This document shows positions 1-21,282 of a stretch of DNA of 64,000 nt, in pieces (positions within the stretch are counted from its first letter, which is position 1; each line of letters begins with the position of its first letter). The position numbers and the translations under genes were made by a program. The notes under the pieces were generated by a model. That model had not been told where the DNA came from, made no database searches, and saw only the letters and a list, made by a program, of their open reading frames with translations. This DNA comes from the human T2T-CHM13v2.0 reference genome, Homo sapiens. Location of the stretch: the NCBI RefSeq assembly GCF_009914755.1, contig NC_060931.1. The stretch is one strand, 5' to 3'.

Positions 1-1138
1 CCTCGGCCTCCCAAAGTGCTGGGATTACAGGCGTGAGCCACTGCACCCAGTCTGATTTTTTTTTTTTTTTTTTTTGATACAGAATCTCACTGTCACCCAG
101 GCTTGCAGTGCAGTGGTGAGATCATTGCTCACTGCAACCTTGACCACCTGGGCTCAAGCAATCCTCTCACTTCAGCCTCCCAAAGTGCCGGGATTACAGC
201 TGTGAGCGACTGCACCCAACTTGTTTTTTGGTTTTTTTTTAAGTTTGTTTAAACACATATAATTCCAGGGCGTGTTTATAAATTTATGGAAACAATCTAG
301 TAGAGAGAAGAAATGAATGATACAGGAGAAGAGAAGCAATCAATGAAGGAACCCAGTCCTTGATTCCACAGCATAGACAGATGTAGTCTGGGACAGGAAC
401 CAAATACTTGGTCTTCTGAGCCAGGAGAGGTAGTAAAGATCTGGAGATGGGCTGGGGAGACACTGAGAGAGCTCCCCTCTGATGGCTTCAGATGGGAGCT
501 GGGGGAAGGGGTGGGGAGGAAATGAGTATGAAACAGTCAACTTGGAGAGTAAGAAGGGGAATCTGCAAGGGAAGGTGTGAGCCTGTAGAGCACTTCTGCC
601 TGTGGTCATGAATCTATAGTCAAACAATCAGCAGCAGACACAGGGAAGGCTGATGTGAAGGGGATGGTTTCAGCCTGGCTTGGGGTTTGGCCAATCGGGT
701 TACAAGAGTGAGTGAGAGGTAAAGCAACTGAAAAGGTTAAGGCTGGGCACGGTGGCTCACGCCTGTAATCCCAGTACTTTGGGAGGCCGAGGTAGGTGGA
801 TCACCTGAGGTCAGGAGTTTGAGACCAGCCTGGCCAACGTGGCAAAACCCCATCTCTACTAAAAATACAAAAATTAGCCGGGCATGGTGGCACACACCTG
901 TAATCCCAGTTACTCAGGAGGCTGAAGCAGGAGAATCCTTGAACCCAGAAAGCAGAGGTTGCAGTAAGCCAAGATTGCGCCACTTGACTCCAGCCTGGGC
1001 AACAAAGCAAGACTCCATCTCAAACAAAAGAAAAAAAAAATTGAAGAGATTTATAACAGAGTGAGGATAAAACTCAAAATGGAGTTTAAGGAGGGAAATA
1101 AAGTAAGTAGTTTCTACTACTCAATAAAAAAGGTATAG

Positions 1139-1393
<255 letters not shown>

Positions 1394-2353
1394 TGATCTA
1401 CCCGCCTCAGCCTCCCAAAGTGCTGGGATTACAGGCGTGAGCCACCACGCCCGGCCAGATCAAAAGAATTTTAAAGGCCAGGCACAGTTGCTCATGCCTA
1501 TGATCCCAGCATTTTGGGAGGCCGGGCCAGTGGATCACTTGAGCCCAAGTGTTCAAAACCAGCCTGGGCAACATGGTGAAACTCCATCTCTGCAAAAAAT
1601 AGACAAATTAGCTAGGCATGGTGGCACATGCCTATAATCCCAGCTACTTGGGAGGCTGAAGTGGGAGGATCACCACTGCCTGGGGAGGTTGAGGCTGCAG
1701 TGAGCCATGATCATACCGTTGTACTCTGACTGGGGGTGACAGAATGAGACCCTTTCTCAAAAAAAAAAAAAAGGAGTGTTGTTAAAGTAGAGGCCACAGA
1801 ATGAGGTCATAGTAAGCATGAGAGGAACTTGAATTTCAGATGTGCCTATGTAAGGGAGAGACCAAGGTCAGTGGAGAAATGGTTGCTGGAGGTGTGAAGG
1901 CCAAGAAACTGCAGGCCAGGGTGCTAGACAGATCATCCGCAAGGATGCCACAGCCCCAAAGAATAATGATAGGAACAGGGATGGAGAGAGAAACAATGAG
2001 TCAGAATGTAAAGTTGCTGCTGAATTATGCAACTGACCAGGTGGCCAAAAGATAACAGCTGTGAAGATGACAGGAGTGTTACAGCCTGAAGACAGGAGCT
2101 TCAAAGGAATTGGGGTATTTAAAGAAGGAAGCAAGAGAAATGCTCAGAATGTGAGGGAAAAAGCGGAATCTAGGATGACTTGCAGCCTTCAGTTTGAGTG
2201 ACTAATGGAGTCATTGAAGTCAGGAGGTATGTGTGATCTCAGGATAATGAGACGTGAGCTCAGGCTGGGACAAATTTAACTTCTCTGTGGCTCCGTTTCG
2301 CAACTTGCAAAATGTGGTAAAAATCTACTTGACTCTAACAATGCAAGGATTAA

Positions 2354-2680
<327 letters not shown>

Positions 2681-3209
2681 TAAAGAAGAGATTCTGGAAA
2701 GCATCTAGCACGATATGGCTTAATTCCTAAGGCCTCTCTCTCTCTCTGAAACACCACCACATGAGTTTCACATCTTCCTTCTTTTTTTGTTATTTTTTCT
2801 GTCTTTGTTTTTGGGGCAGGGTCTCACTCTGTTGCCCAGGCTGGAGGGCAGTGGCATGATCACAGCTCACTGCAGTCTCAAATTCCTGGGCTCAAGCAAT
2901 CCTCCCAACTCCACCTCCTACGTAGCTGAGACAACAGGCATGCACCACCATGCCTTGCTAAATTTAAAATTATTGTGGTAAAGATAGGGTATTGCTATGT
3001 TGCCCAGGCTGGTCTTGAACTCCTGGACTCAAGCAATACCCCCACCTTGGCCTCCCAAAGTGTGGGGATTACAAGTGTGAGCCACTGCACTCAGCCAGAT
3101 CTTCCTTCTAACCAGAAGCCAACGAGATGGTTTATTGAGGAAGAGCTCAAGCTCGAGATCTCCAAGCAGAGGGGGAAAGCCTCAAGAGATGAACACACAG
3201 GCGGTATAC

Positions 3210-3500
3210 CTTGGTGTCTCTGTGATGCAATTCGTCCTGCTCTTGAGATCCTTCCTCCCTCTCCTCTGAGCCATGTTGGTGAGATTCACATTTGCCTTTC
3301 TTGCAGTGGCCGCCACAGGACTTCTTTCTCTCCCCTTTCTGAAGTGCCTGCAGCTGGGAGATGAACTTGGTCTTCCATGCTCTGAAGTTGGCCTCAATGC
3401 TGCCGTGCTTGCTTTTAACCACGTCGCAGTCGCCCTCCCCTCGACTCATCACACGATGCACGCCAAGCATCCAGAGCCACTTGTCAACATTTTTGCCAAC
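3210..3500 (-). CDS. TYW1B: TYW1B coding exon 5 (VGKNVDKWLW...HHRDTK, 97 codons); end of flavodoxin-like domain plus charged linker
   Basis: Minus-strand acceptor cctcgcAG at 3502-3501 and donor AAG|gtatac at 3209-3208. 291 nt, phase 0-0, open frame. Peptide recognised as TYW1-family. Confidence 0.95.
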
Positions 3501-4645
3501 CTGCGAGGAAAAGATAGATAGGCTAAAAGCATGGTTCTCTAAATCAGGGTTTTCCAGACTGCTCTGCAAAAGCCCAAAGTCCTTCTGGGGCCCCTGGTCA
3601 TGGGCTACCACTAAGAAAGAGGAAATTGCTGGCAAAATGACCTTCAAGCCTTCAAGCTCCAGCCTTGACCCAGAAGAGGGTCATTTTATGTATTCTACTT
3701 TTCTGCCTTAGATTTATTGTTTTAAACAAAAGGACAAACAAACCCCCTTTATCAAATGAAGGGTTAATGACTAAAAAAAAATTTGAAACCTACCATTCTA
3801 TATCATGATAAGAACAAAACAGGAGTTAACAAAATAAATGAGTTCCAAAAATGTAACAAAGCCTATGGGGCCTAAGCCTATTCCGTTATAAAATGAAAAT
3901 ATAATCAATTTGGCAAGATTCGTAATTTCCTAAACTCAGTAATTTATTTCACTGTGATATGAAGCAATTAAGCTGAGGAACAGGGGTTATCAGAGGCATA
4001 GTTAAGAGTTCAAAAACTTAATAAGCTTCCTGAGTGGCAAGGCATTAAACAAAATATTTACATATCTACGCCAGGCGAAGTGTCTCACGTCTGTAATCCC
4101 AGCACTTTGGGAGGCTGAGGCAGGCAGATTGTTTGAGGCCAGGAGTTCAAGAGAATTCCTTGAACCCTGGAGGCAGAAGTTGCAATGAGCCGAGATTGTG
4201 CCATTGCACTCCAGCCTGGGCAAGAGAGTGACTCTGTCTCAAAAAAAAAAAAAAAAAATTTACATATCTGAATTTTCCCATTCATAGTCTAATTTATTTG
4301 AAAATATGGGGAGAGGCCAGATGCAGTGGCTCACGCCTATAATTCCAGCACCTTGGGAGACCGGAGTGAGAAGAATGCTCAAGCCCAAGTTCAACACCAG
4401 CCTGGGCACCAAAGTAAAACCCCATCTCTACAAAAAATACAAAAACTAGCTGGATGTGTGGTGGGCGCCTGTGGTCCCAGCTACTCAGTAGGCTAAGGTG
4501 GGAGGATCACCTGAGCCCAGGGAGGTCGAGGCTGCAGCAAGCCACTGAACTCCAACCTAGGCAACACGGTGAGACCCTGTCTCAAAAAACACATAATCAA
4601 AAATGTTTTTAATGAAAATATGGAGCAAAATCTACACAACAATAG

Positions 4646-4851
<206 letters not shown>

Positions 4852-5187
4852 TAGTACAGACAGGGTTTCTCCATGTTGGTCAGGCTGGGGTCGAACTCCC
4901 GACCTCAGGTGATCCGCCCGCCTCTGCCTCCCAAAGTGCTGGCATTACAGGCTTGTGCCACTGCACCCGGCCGTAAACAGCTTTTAAAGAAAATTCCCCA
5001 CCTCCACCGTCACTCACACTCCACCAGAGACAGACAGCTAGGCAGGGCCCATCCCTAGGAAGAGGTACACAATGCAAATGACCAAGAAACTGAGAGGCTC
5101 CATCGTTTCATTTTTTCAAGTGTAGAGAACAGGATGAAAAAGGAGCCAAGTTAATTTTTTCCTCCATTTCCCTTGAAAAATTCATGA

Positions 5188-5346
<159 letters not shown>

Positions 5347-5981
5347 TAGCTAATTTTTTTGTATTTTTAGTAGAGACGGGGTTTCACCATGTTAGCCACG
5401 ATGATCTCGATCTCCTGACCTCGTGATCCGCCTGCCTCGGCCTCCCAAAGTGCTGGGATTACAGGCGTTTGAGCCACCAGGCCCAGCCGAAAAATTCATT
5501 TTTTAAAACTGAGCTCAGGCTGGACACATTCATGCCTGTAATCCCAGAAATTTGGGAGGCTGAGGTGGGTAGGACTGCTTGAGGCCAGGAGTTTGAACCA
5601 AGCCTGGGCAACACAGTGAGACCCTCATCTCTAAAAAAATTGAAAGATTAGCCAGGGGTAGTGGTGCACGCCTATAGTTCCAGCTACTAGGGAGGCTGAC
5701 TTGGGAGGATCCCTTCAGCCTAGGACTTCAAGGTTCAGAGAATGCTGATCAGGTCACTGCATTCCAGCCTGGATGACAAAGCAAGACCCTGTTCTGAAAA
5801 AAATAAACATAATTAAAAAAAAAATTTTTTTTAAGAGTTCACCTGCATAAAGAGCTTGGGCAGGCTGGGCATGGTGGCTCACACCTGTAATCCCAGCACT
5901 CTGGGAGGCCGAGGTGGGTGGATCACCTGAGGTCAGGAGTTCAAACAGCTTGGCCAACATGGTGAAACCCTGTCTCTACTA

Positions 5982-6418
<437 letters not shown>

Positions 6419-6496
6419 TCAATCAATCAATAAATAAAATAATAGAAGAAATGTATTTATTACTAGCTACCAAAGTTTGTGGATTATTTCACATAC

Positions 6497-6566
6497 ATGT
6501 GTGTTTATGTGTGTGTACGTGTGTGCACGTGTGTGTGTGTACGTGTGTGTGCGTGTGTGTGTGTGT
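6497..6566. repeat. Interrupted (TG)n/(CA)n microsatellite in TYW1B intron 4
   Basis: gtgtgtacgtgtgtgcacgtgtgtgtgtgtacgtgtgtgtgcgtgtgtgtgtgtg. Confidence 0.95.
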
Positions 6567-6607
6567 TTATGGGGAGAATTTATTCCTATAATTCAATATA
6601 GACCTAC

Positions 6608-6802
6608 CTTGTTGAAGTGGCTAGCATAGGCAGAATTTCCCAGGCCAAATACCGCATCTCTCATACCCTTCAGGTAAGTTTTGCCAAATCGAAAATCAAT
6701 GGATGCTTCCTCTAACCATTTGCAGAACCACTCTGCACTTTCGGTTGGTAGGCCGTCAGTGTATGTCGCAACCAGGAAGACACAGACATTTTTACTAGTC
6801 AC
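6608..6802 (-). CDS. TYW1B: TYW1B coding exon 4 (VTSKNVCVFLVATYTDG...SHFNK, 65 codons); flavodoxin-like domain
   Basis: Acceptor ttggttAG (6804-6803), donor AAG|gtaggt (6607-6606). 195 nt. Flavodoxin motifs ATYTDG and AVFGLGNSAY. Confidence 0.95.
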
Positions 6803-7245
6803 CTAACCAAGAAAGTAATTGTTTCAGTGGAACATACAAGGCATAAATTATCTCAACGAAGAAAATCCTTTGAAAAAAAGCATACTCATCTCAAAGAACA
6901 AAGGGCACCTTCATAAACATGGCTCATTTTCGAAAGTGAAGGGCCTGACTAAGAAACACAGCAAGAACAGCTTGCACGGGGGAGAAAACCCAGTCCCTTG
7001 CTCCTGCCAATATACCTCCTGGTATATTTCATCATATACGCCATTCCATTATCCAGACTATACATTCTCATCATTGCTGATTTGCCACAGTGGAAACAAA
7101 ATCCAAATCAATCAAGAAAAAATACAGGCCGGGTGCGGTGGCTCAAGCCTGTAATCCCAGCACTTTGGGAGGCTGAGGCGGGCGGATCACAAGGTCAGGA
7201 GATCGAGACCATCCTGGCTAACACGGTGAAACCCGGTCTTTACTA

Positions 7246-7476
<231 letters not shown>

Positions 7477-8207
7477 CTACTAATGGAAGAACACACCTGG
7501 GGAAAATAAGGCACCTGAGTTTCAAACCTGAAGAGAAAACAACAGCTCACGTTCCTGCTTCCTTAGAGTGGAAGCTGCTCTGTGGTGTCAGAAAGACGAG
7601 GAATGTGGTGACCTTGCTTATCCAATAAGAGTTGTATTTGGTGTTTGAGATTGTTTTAAATCTCTGAAATCTCCAAAGAATAGGGGAACCATGTTCTCGG
7701 TTCATTACCATCTCCTCAGGCAGGAAGCTGTGAATATCCATATCAAGGCAGTGGATGTTGGCTGGGCCCAGTGGCTCATACCTGTAATCCCAGGACTTTG
7801 GGAGGCTGAGGCGGGTGGATCACTTGAGGTCAGGAGTTCAAGAGCAGCCTAAGCAACAGAGTGAAACCCCATCTCTACTAAAAATACAAAAACTAGGCAG
7901 GCGTGGGAGTGGGTGCCTGTAGTTCCAGCTACTCGGGAGGCTGAGGCAGGAAAACTGCTTTAGCCCAGGAGGCAGAGGCTGCAGTGGGCCACCATCACAC
8001 CCCTGCACACTGCACTCCAGCCTGGGCAACGAAGCGAAGACTCCATCTCAAAAAAAAAAAAAAAGGAAAAGAAAAGAAAAAATACAGAGAGATCTCTAAA
8101 AAATTATCTAATAAATTAAAGCAATAAAAATTTTTAAACATTAAGTAATTTAACACTTGGCACCATTATCTAAACAGAGCTGTTGCAAATCCCAGGGAAA
8201 CAAAATA

Positions 8208-8556
8208 CAGGCTGGGTATCCATTATCCAGAATGTTTGGGATGGGAAGTGTTTTGGATTTTAGAGGTGTTTTTTTTTTTTTAAATCTGCATATACATAAT
8301 GATGTACCTTGGGGATGTATCAAGTCTAAACACAAAATTCCTTTGTTTCATATACACCTTACACACATAGCCTGTAGATAACTTTATACAATATTTTTGA
8401 CAATTTCATATATGAAACAAAGTTTCGACTGCGTTTTGACCTTGACCCATCACAGGAGGTCAGGTGCGAAATTTTCCACTTGTGGCCTCCTGTCAGCGCT
8501 CCAGAAGTGTAGATTTTAAAGCATTTCCAATTTGCGGTTCAGGGATTCTCAACCTG
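8208..8556 (+). mobile_element. Tigger4/MER46-type non-autonomous DNA transposon
   Basis: TIR-like ends CAGGCTGGGTATCC ... GGATTCTCAACCTG; interior matches recalled Tigger4b consensus. Confidence 0.8.
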
Positions 8557-8775
8557 TGTATCCTTAGTCTTGATAGCCTGGTGTTTGAATTCATCTTAAG
8601 AGTTCCAAGTCATGAGGTAAGTTACAAGTAATCTCTTAGTTACAAGTATCAAAGTTTGCTAATAATTTTTCACAAATAATTTAGAGCACATTCAAGCTCA
8701 CTCATGTGCACACCAATACATTTTCTTGGGGGACAAAGAAATGGACAGAGTTAAAGCTAGATATTTAACCACTAA

Positions 8776-9098
<323 letters not shown>

Positions 9099-9324
9099 TA
9101 GGCAAGAGCCACCCCGCCTGGCCTCTGTTTTTTTTAAAGAAAGTTTTAGTGGAACACAGCCATATTCATTCATTTACATATTATCTATGGCTGTTTTGTG
9201 CCTCAGTGGCAAAACTGAGTAGCTGCCCAGCCCACAAAGGTGAAGATACTACCTGGCCCTTTACGTGAAAGTTTGTCAACCCCAGCTCTACATACTTCTT
9301 CTTTTTTTTTTTTTTTTTTTTTGA

Positions 9325-9702
<378 letters not shown>

Positions 9703-10038
9703 TAGCAAGTTCACAGGAGATGCTGATGCTGCTGGCTCAGGGGCCACACTTTGAGAACCACTGCTGTAGGGTGAAATCCCCTAACTGGGCATGACTGGAG
9801 AAAAAAGGGGAGGAATATTTTTCAGATGAAGAAATTAAATCTTCATAGATATTAAGTAATGCGCCCAGGCACAGTGGCTCATGCCTGTAATCCCAGCACT
9901 ATGGGAGGCCGAGGCAAATAAATCACCTGATGTCAGGAGTTCGACACAAGCATGGCCAATATAATGAAACCCCATGTCTGTTAAAAATACAAAAATTAGC
10001 CAGGTGTGGTGGTGGGCACCTGTAATCCCAGCTACTCA

Positions 10039-10416
<378 letters not shown>

Positions 10417-10557
10417 CTATAAAAAATCTTTTGGCCGGGCACGGTGGCTCATGCCTATAATCCTAGCACTTTGGGAGGCCGAGGCGGGCGGATCACGAGG
10501 TCAGGAGATCGAGACCATCCTGGCTAACACGGTGAAACCCCATCTCTACTAAAACTA

Positions 10558-10773
<216 letters not shown>

Positions 10774-11509
10774 TCAGCTACTTTAGGAGGCTGAGGAAAG
10801 AGGATCACTTGAGCCCGGGAGGTTGAAATTGCACCACTGCACTCCAGAGCCTGGGTGAGAGAATGAGAGCCTGTCTCAATAAAATAAATTCAAAAAAAAT
10901 AAAAATAGTAGGGGTCAGGCACAGTCGCTCACGCCTATAATCCCAGCACTTTGGGAGGCCAAGGCAGGTGGATCACTTGAGGCCAGGAATTTGAGACCAG
11001 CCTGGCCAACATGGTGAAACCTCAACTCTAGCAAAAAAAAAAAAAAAAATTAGCTGGGCATGGTGACACATGCCTGTAAATCCCAGCTACTTGGGAGGCT
11101 GAGGCAGGAGAATCACTTGAACCTGGAGACGGACACTGCACTGAACTGAGATTGCACGACTACACTCCAGCCTGGGTGACACAGTGAGACTCCATCTCAA
11201 AAAAAAAAAAAAAAAAAAAAGAAAATTGTGGGAAGGAGTGAACTTCCAACCACCCAAGCTTTCTCACCTCTAGTCCTGCCCCAGGAGAATTTAACACACC
11301 TGAAGAACAAGCCCCACACCACGTGAGAATCAGTGAACCTCACCCCACATTCAGTTCTCTGATTCACACTGGAATTCAACTAACTGAAATCCCTTAGCAC
11401 GAAAATTAAATTTATTCTGAAGATTCTAGTTATCTAATTAAATTTACTGTGAAGATTGCAGATCAGTTAAATTTGAGAGTTTTGATTGAAGAAAAAGACA
11501 ATTACCAAC

Positions 11510-11611
11510 CTCTTCTATCAGATGATCATCTGGATCATATTCTTTTAGATTAATAATGGCCACAGGCAGATCCAGGGACGTAACTGCTTCAGCAAGAACT
11601 GTTGCAAATCC
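11510..11611 (-). CDS. TYW1B: TYW1B coding exon 3 (GFATVLAEAVTSLDLPVAIINLKEYDPDDHLIEE, 34 codons)
   Basis: Acceptor cctattAG (11613-11612), donor GAG|gttggt (11509-11508). 102 nt, phase 0-0. Read directly from sequence; absent from the ORF track. Confidence 0.93.
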
Positions 11612-12005
11612 CTAATAGGACAAAAAAAAACTTCAAATAAAGTCTTCAATGAGCCAAATATAGCCCTCATTTACCCCTGTTGGCACAAGAATGTGGCATT
11701 CCTCATGAAAAATGTTTTCAGTGACTGATATGAACCCAAATTCTATCCGCACTCTTACCATTTTCTTGGGCACCATTACCGAGATCATTCAATTGTGTTG
11801 TTCTCACCCGATCAGGGTTTACGTAGGACTGAATCTAATTTGGCTTTGGATGATCAATCTGCCTTGCCCTACTAGAATAAACATATCAGCCAGGCAAGAT
11901 GGCTCATGCCTGTAATCCCAGCACTTTGGGAGGCTGAAGTGGGAGGACCACTTGAGGCCAAGCCTGGGCAACAAAGTGAGACCTCATCTTTATAAAAAAA
12001 ATTTA

Positions 12006-13240
<1,235 letters not shown>

Positions 13241-13716
13241 AAGGACAGGTTGGCCGGGCGTGGTGGCTCACACCTGTAATCCCAACACTTTGGGAAGCCA
13301 AGGCAGACAGATCACCTGAGGTCAGGAGTTCGAGACCGGCCTGACCAACATGGTGAAACCCCATCTCTACTAAAAATACAAAAATTAGCCGGGAGTGGTG
13401 GTGGGCACCTGTAATCCCAGCTACCTACCTGGGAGGCTGAGGGAGGAGAACTGCTCGAACCCAGGAGGCGGAGGTTGCAGTGAGCCGAGATCGTACCACT
13501 GCACTCCAGCCTAGACAACAGAGCGAGACTCCATTTCAAAAAAAAAGAAAAAAGGTATTTGGGGGTCAGAAAACAGTACTGCAGCAGGCCTCAAGGACTG
13601 ATATGGTTTGGATATTCGTCCCCTCCAAATATCATTAACACGTAATCTCCAATGTTGGAAGTGAGCTCGAATAGGAGGTGTTTGGGTCATGGGGGTGGGT
13701 CCCTCATGAGTGGCTT

Positions 13717-14148
13717 TGTTACCAGTGGAGGGTCTTGACTAGGAGTTGTCCAGGTTCTTCACATGTTGAACAAAGAATTGAAAAAAATGCACAAGTGAAG
13801 CAACAAAAACACAGATTTATTGATGGGAAGGTACACTCTACAGAGAGGAGGCAGGCTTGAGCAAGTGGCTCAAGAGCTCCAGTTGTAATGTTCCTTGGGT
13901 TTTTATTAAGCTAGAAGAATTTGGTAACACCCCCAGGTACCCTTTGGAGGCTTCCAATTGGTTACACCCTATGCAAATGAAGAATTGGCTCATGGCCAAT
14001 CAGAGGCTGCAGTGGAGTTACACCCTCTGCAAATAAAGAATTAGCCCACAGCCAATCAGAGGCTAAAGCTTTCCTTTCAGTTTAATTCAAGGAAGTCAGC
14101 CACAGGTTGGCCTTAGGCTCTGTCTCCAGACTCTACTTTCCTACCTCA
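13717..14148 (-). mobile_element. ERV1 solo LTR (MER51-like) inserted in the MST LTR
   Basis: TG...CA termini, 4-bp TSD GCTT on both sides, repeated GCCAATCAGAGGCT motifs. Confidence 0.75.
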
Positions 14149-14273
14149 GCTTGCCGCCCTCCCCTTGGTGTTGAGTTCTTGCCCTATCAGTTCATAGCTG
14201 GCTGTTAAAAAAAAAAAAAAAGCCTCACATCTCTCCCTACTCCTTTGCTCCCTCTCTCACCATGTGGTACCTA

Positions 14274-15121
<848 letters not shown>

Positions 15122-15515
15122 ATTACCCAGCTGCAGGTATTCCTTTATGGCAATGCAAAAGAGACTAACACAAGGATAAAGTGAGATTTGAGCCAAAGCT
15201 GAAGGAACTGGGAAAACCATGAGGTTATCCCAGGCGGCAGGAACAGTGAACTGCAAAGGCCCAGTGGAGGTTATTAAGACTGAAAAAAAGGGAACCAAGG
15301 AGATGGGGTAAGAGAGTTAACAAAGAGCCACACGTGTAGGATCTCTGGGCCACTGTGAGGACTCAAGCATTGACTCTTGAATGAAGGGGTCAGCGCAGGG
15401 TTTTAAGCAGAGGGATGACATGATTTCACCTAACTTTTCAAACAGTCACTGAGGTTGCTGAGTTGAGAGTATACTGGAGTCAGAAGAGGGCCGAGTGGTA
15501 CTGAATCAGAAAGAC

Positions 15516-16956
<1,441 letters not shown>

Positions 16957-17005
16957 AAGTCAATGGTGAGATGACTGTCCAAATCCAGACAAAATATCAT
17001 GGCGG

Positions 17006-17749
<744 letters not shown>

Positions 17750-19029
17750 ATGGCATGGACCAGGGGAGTAGCAGTGAAGGTGGTAAGAAGTGATTGGAAA
17801 CTGAATCTATTCTTAAAGTAGAACAAACAGAATCTGCTGACAAACTGGACATGGGTTGTATAAAAAGAAGTCAAAAGGTGTTTTGGACCAAGCAACTGGA
17901 AGGATAAAGTTGTCATTTACTGAAATTGTAAGGATTACAAGTAGAGCAGGCTTGGGCAGAAAATTGGGAGTTCAGTTTTGAGCAAACTGATGTTAAGATG
18001 CTTACTAGACATTCATATGATGCTCTAAGAAAGGTAACTCGATATGAAAGTCTGGAGTTGAGAGAAACAGTTAAGATTAGAAACAGAAATTTAGGGCCAG
18101 GCACGTGGCTCAAGCCTGTAATCCTAACACTTTCAGTGGCCGAGGCGGGTGAATCACTTGAGGCTAGGAGTTTGAGACCAGACTGGCCAACATGCAGAAA
18201 CCCCATCTCCCCTAAAAATACAAAAATCCCAGCACTTTGGGAGGCCAATGCCACTGCACTCCAGCCTGGGTGACAGAGTAAGACCCTGTCTCAAAAAAAA
18301 AAAAAAAAAAAAAGAAGAAGAAGAAAAAAGAAGAATAAAAAGAAAAAGTTACAAAAATATAAGAGAAAAGATCTGAGACACAGAAGACGATCCAAAAGGT
18401 AGAACATCCCACAGGAATCCCAGAAAAAAAGAAATGAAAAGGGAAAAAAAATTCATCCAAGAAATATTAACAGAACTAATGCACACAAATCGTCAAAATG
18501 CATACAAATCGTCAAAACAAAAAAATTCAAGTATACAGAACAATAGCTGAAAAAGATCCAAATAGTCACCTTCCCATAAAATTTCCAGAAATCAAGGACA
18601 AAGAAATGATCCGAAAATCTTCCAGAAACAAAATAATCAAGTCATCTACAAATTTGCCTTCTCATTAGCAATACTAACATGCTGGAAGACAATGAAGCTA
18701 CGCCTTCTGAGGCAAAAGTTTTTAATAGTCTTCTATACATGACCAAATCCGAATCAATCAAATCCAACAGCAGAATGAAGAAATATTGAGATGGGCTGGG
18801 CACAGTGGCTCACACCTGTAATCCTATCCTGTAATCCTAGCCCAATATTGAGATGGGCTGGGCATGGTGATTCATGCCTCTAACCCTAGACAGAAGGATC
18901 GCTTGAGGCCAGGAGTCAAGACCAGCCTGGGCAACATAAGGAGACCCCATCTCTACAAAAAAAATTTTTTTAATTAGCCCAGCATGGTGGCACAAGCCCA
19001 TATTCTCATCTACCCAGGAGGGTGGGTCA

Positions 19030-19316
<287 letters not shown>

Positions 19317-19638
19317 TAGTAGAAATGGGGTTTTGCTTTGTTGCCGAGGCTGGTCTTGAACTCCTGGCCTCAAGTGGTCTGCCCACCTCGGCCTCCCAAA
19401 GTGCTGAGATTACAGGCGTGAGCCACCACGCCGGGCCAAGACCTTGTCTCTTAAAAAATAAAAATAAAGGCCGGGCACGGTGGCTCACGCCTGTAATCCC
19501 AACACTTTGGGAGGCCAAGGCGGGCAGATCACGAGGTCAGGAGTTCGAGACCAGTCAGACCACCATGGTGAAACCCCATCTCTTCTAAAAATACAAAAAC
19601 TAGCTGGGCGTAGTGGTGGGCGCCTATAGTCCCAGCTA

Positions 19639-19834
<196 letters not shown>

Positions 19835-20628
19835 CTATCTACCCCAAAATCAACTATGATATGGACAGCAACATTAAGCCACTGAGACTTGAGGGCTGTT
19901 TGTATAAACTAATTAATATAGTCAATAACTTTTATGTAATGTTGATAAATCTAGAAACACAGCATAAGCATCAGAGGAACTAAAAATAGAAATAGTTACA
20001 AGGTTTCTGGAGAGTACATTTCATTATTAACTTTCTGTACACCTGGATTTGTTACCATCTGCAAGTATTCGTTTGATCTTTTTGATCATTTTTTTTTAAA
20101 AAGGTAAAAACATGCATAAAGAGGCTCTGAAAAAGGTTTTTTATAAGTAACATTAAAAGGACTTTGCTTTGGCTGCTCAGACACCTTTTTGCTTTTTTTC
20201 AGGTTTCCCACCTCCACTGCTTAAGGTTTAACTTAACAACTGACCTTCGACTGTAAAATGAAGCAAAGTATCTGCACTCAAGTAGTGAAAACCTAAGAAG
20301 TACTATTCTGCGCAACTTCCACAAGAGGGCAGTAGAACCCTCTGAAGTAGTCCACAAAAATAACAGACCTTGATTTTTCCTCTAATTTATTTTCATGCTA
20401 GCCTTCCTTAAAATCTTTTCCTAGAAAGCACTAACTACCTGTGACCTGGCTAGGCCTGGTGGCTCATGCCTATCATCTCAGCACTTTGAGGGCCAAGGTG
20501 GGTGAATATCTTGAAGCCAGGAATTCAAGACCAGCCTGGACAAGATTGCAAGATCTTGTCTCTACAAAAAAATTAAATAAATTTTTTGGCTGGGAGCGGT
20601 GCCTCACGCCTGTAATCCCAGCACTTTA

Positions 20629-20929
<301 letters not shown>

Positions 20930-21030
20930 CTAGATATAATTAGAGAATGGGACTGGGCACGGTGGCTCACGACTGTAATCCCAACACTTTAGGAGGCCAG
21001 GTGGGCAGATTGCTTGAGCCCAAGAGTTTA

Positions 21031-21282
<252 letters not shown>

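Noticed and set aside
3147-3711. 166-aa ORF as a standalone gene, and overlapping plus-strand ORFs
   Set aside because: Only 3210-3500 is bounded by splice sites; the rest is intron read-through or antisense shadow.
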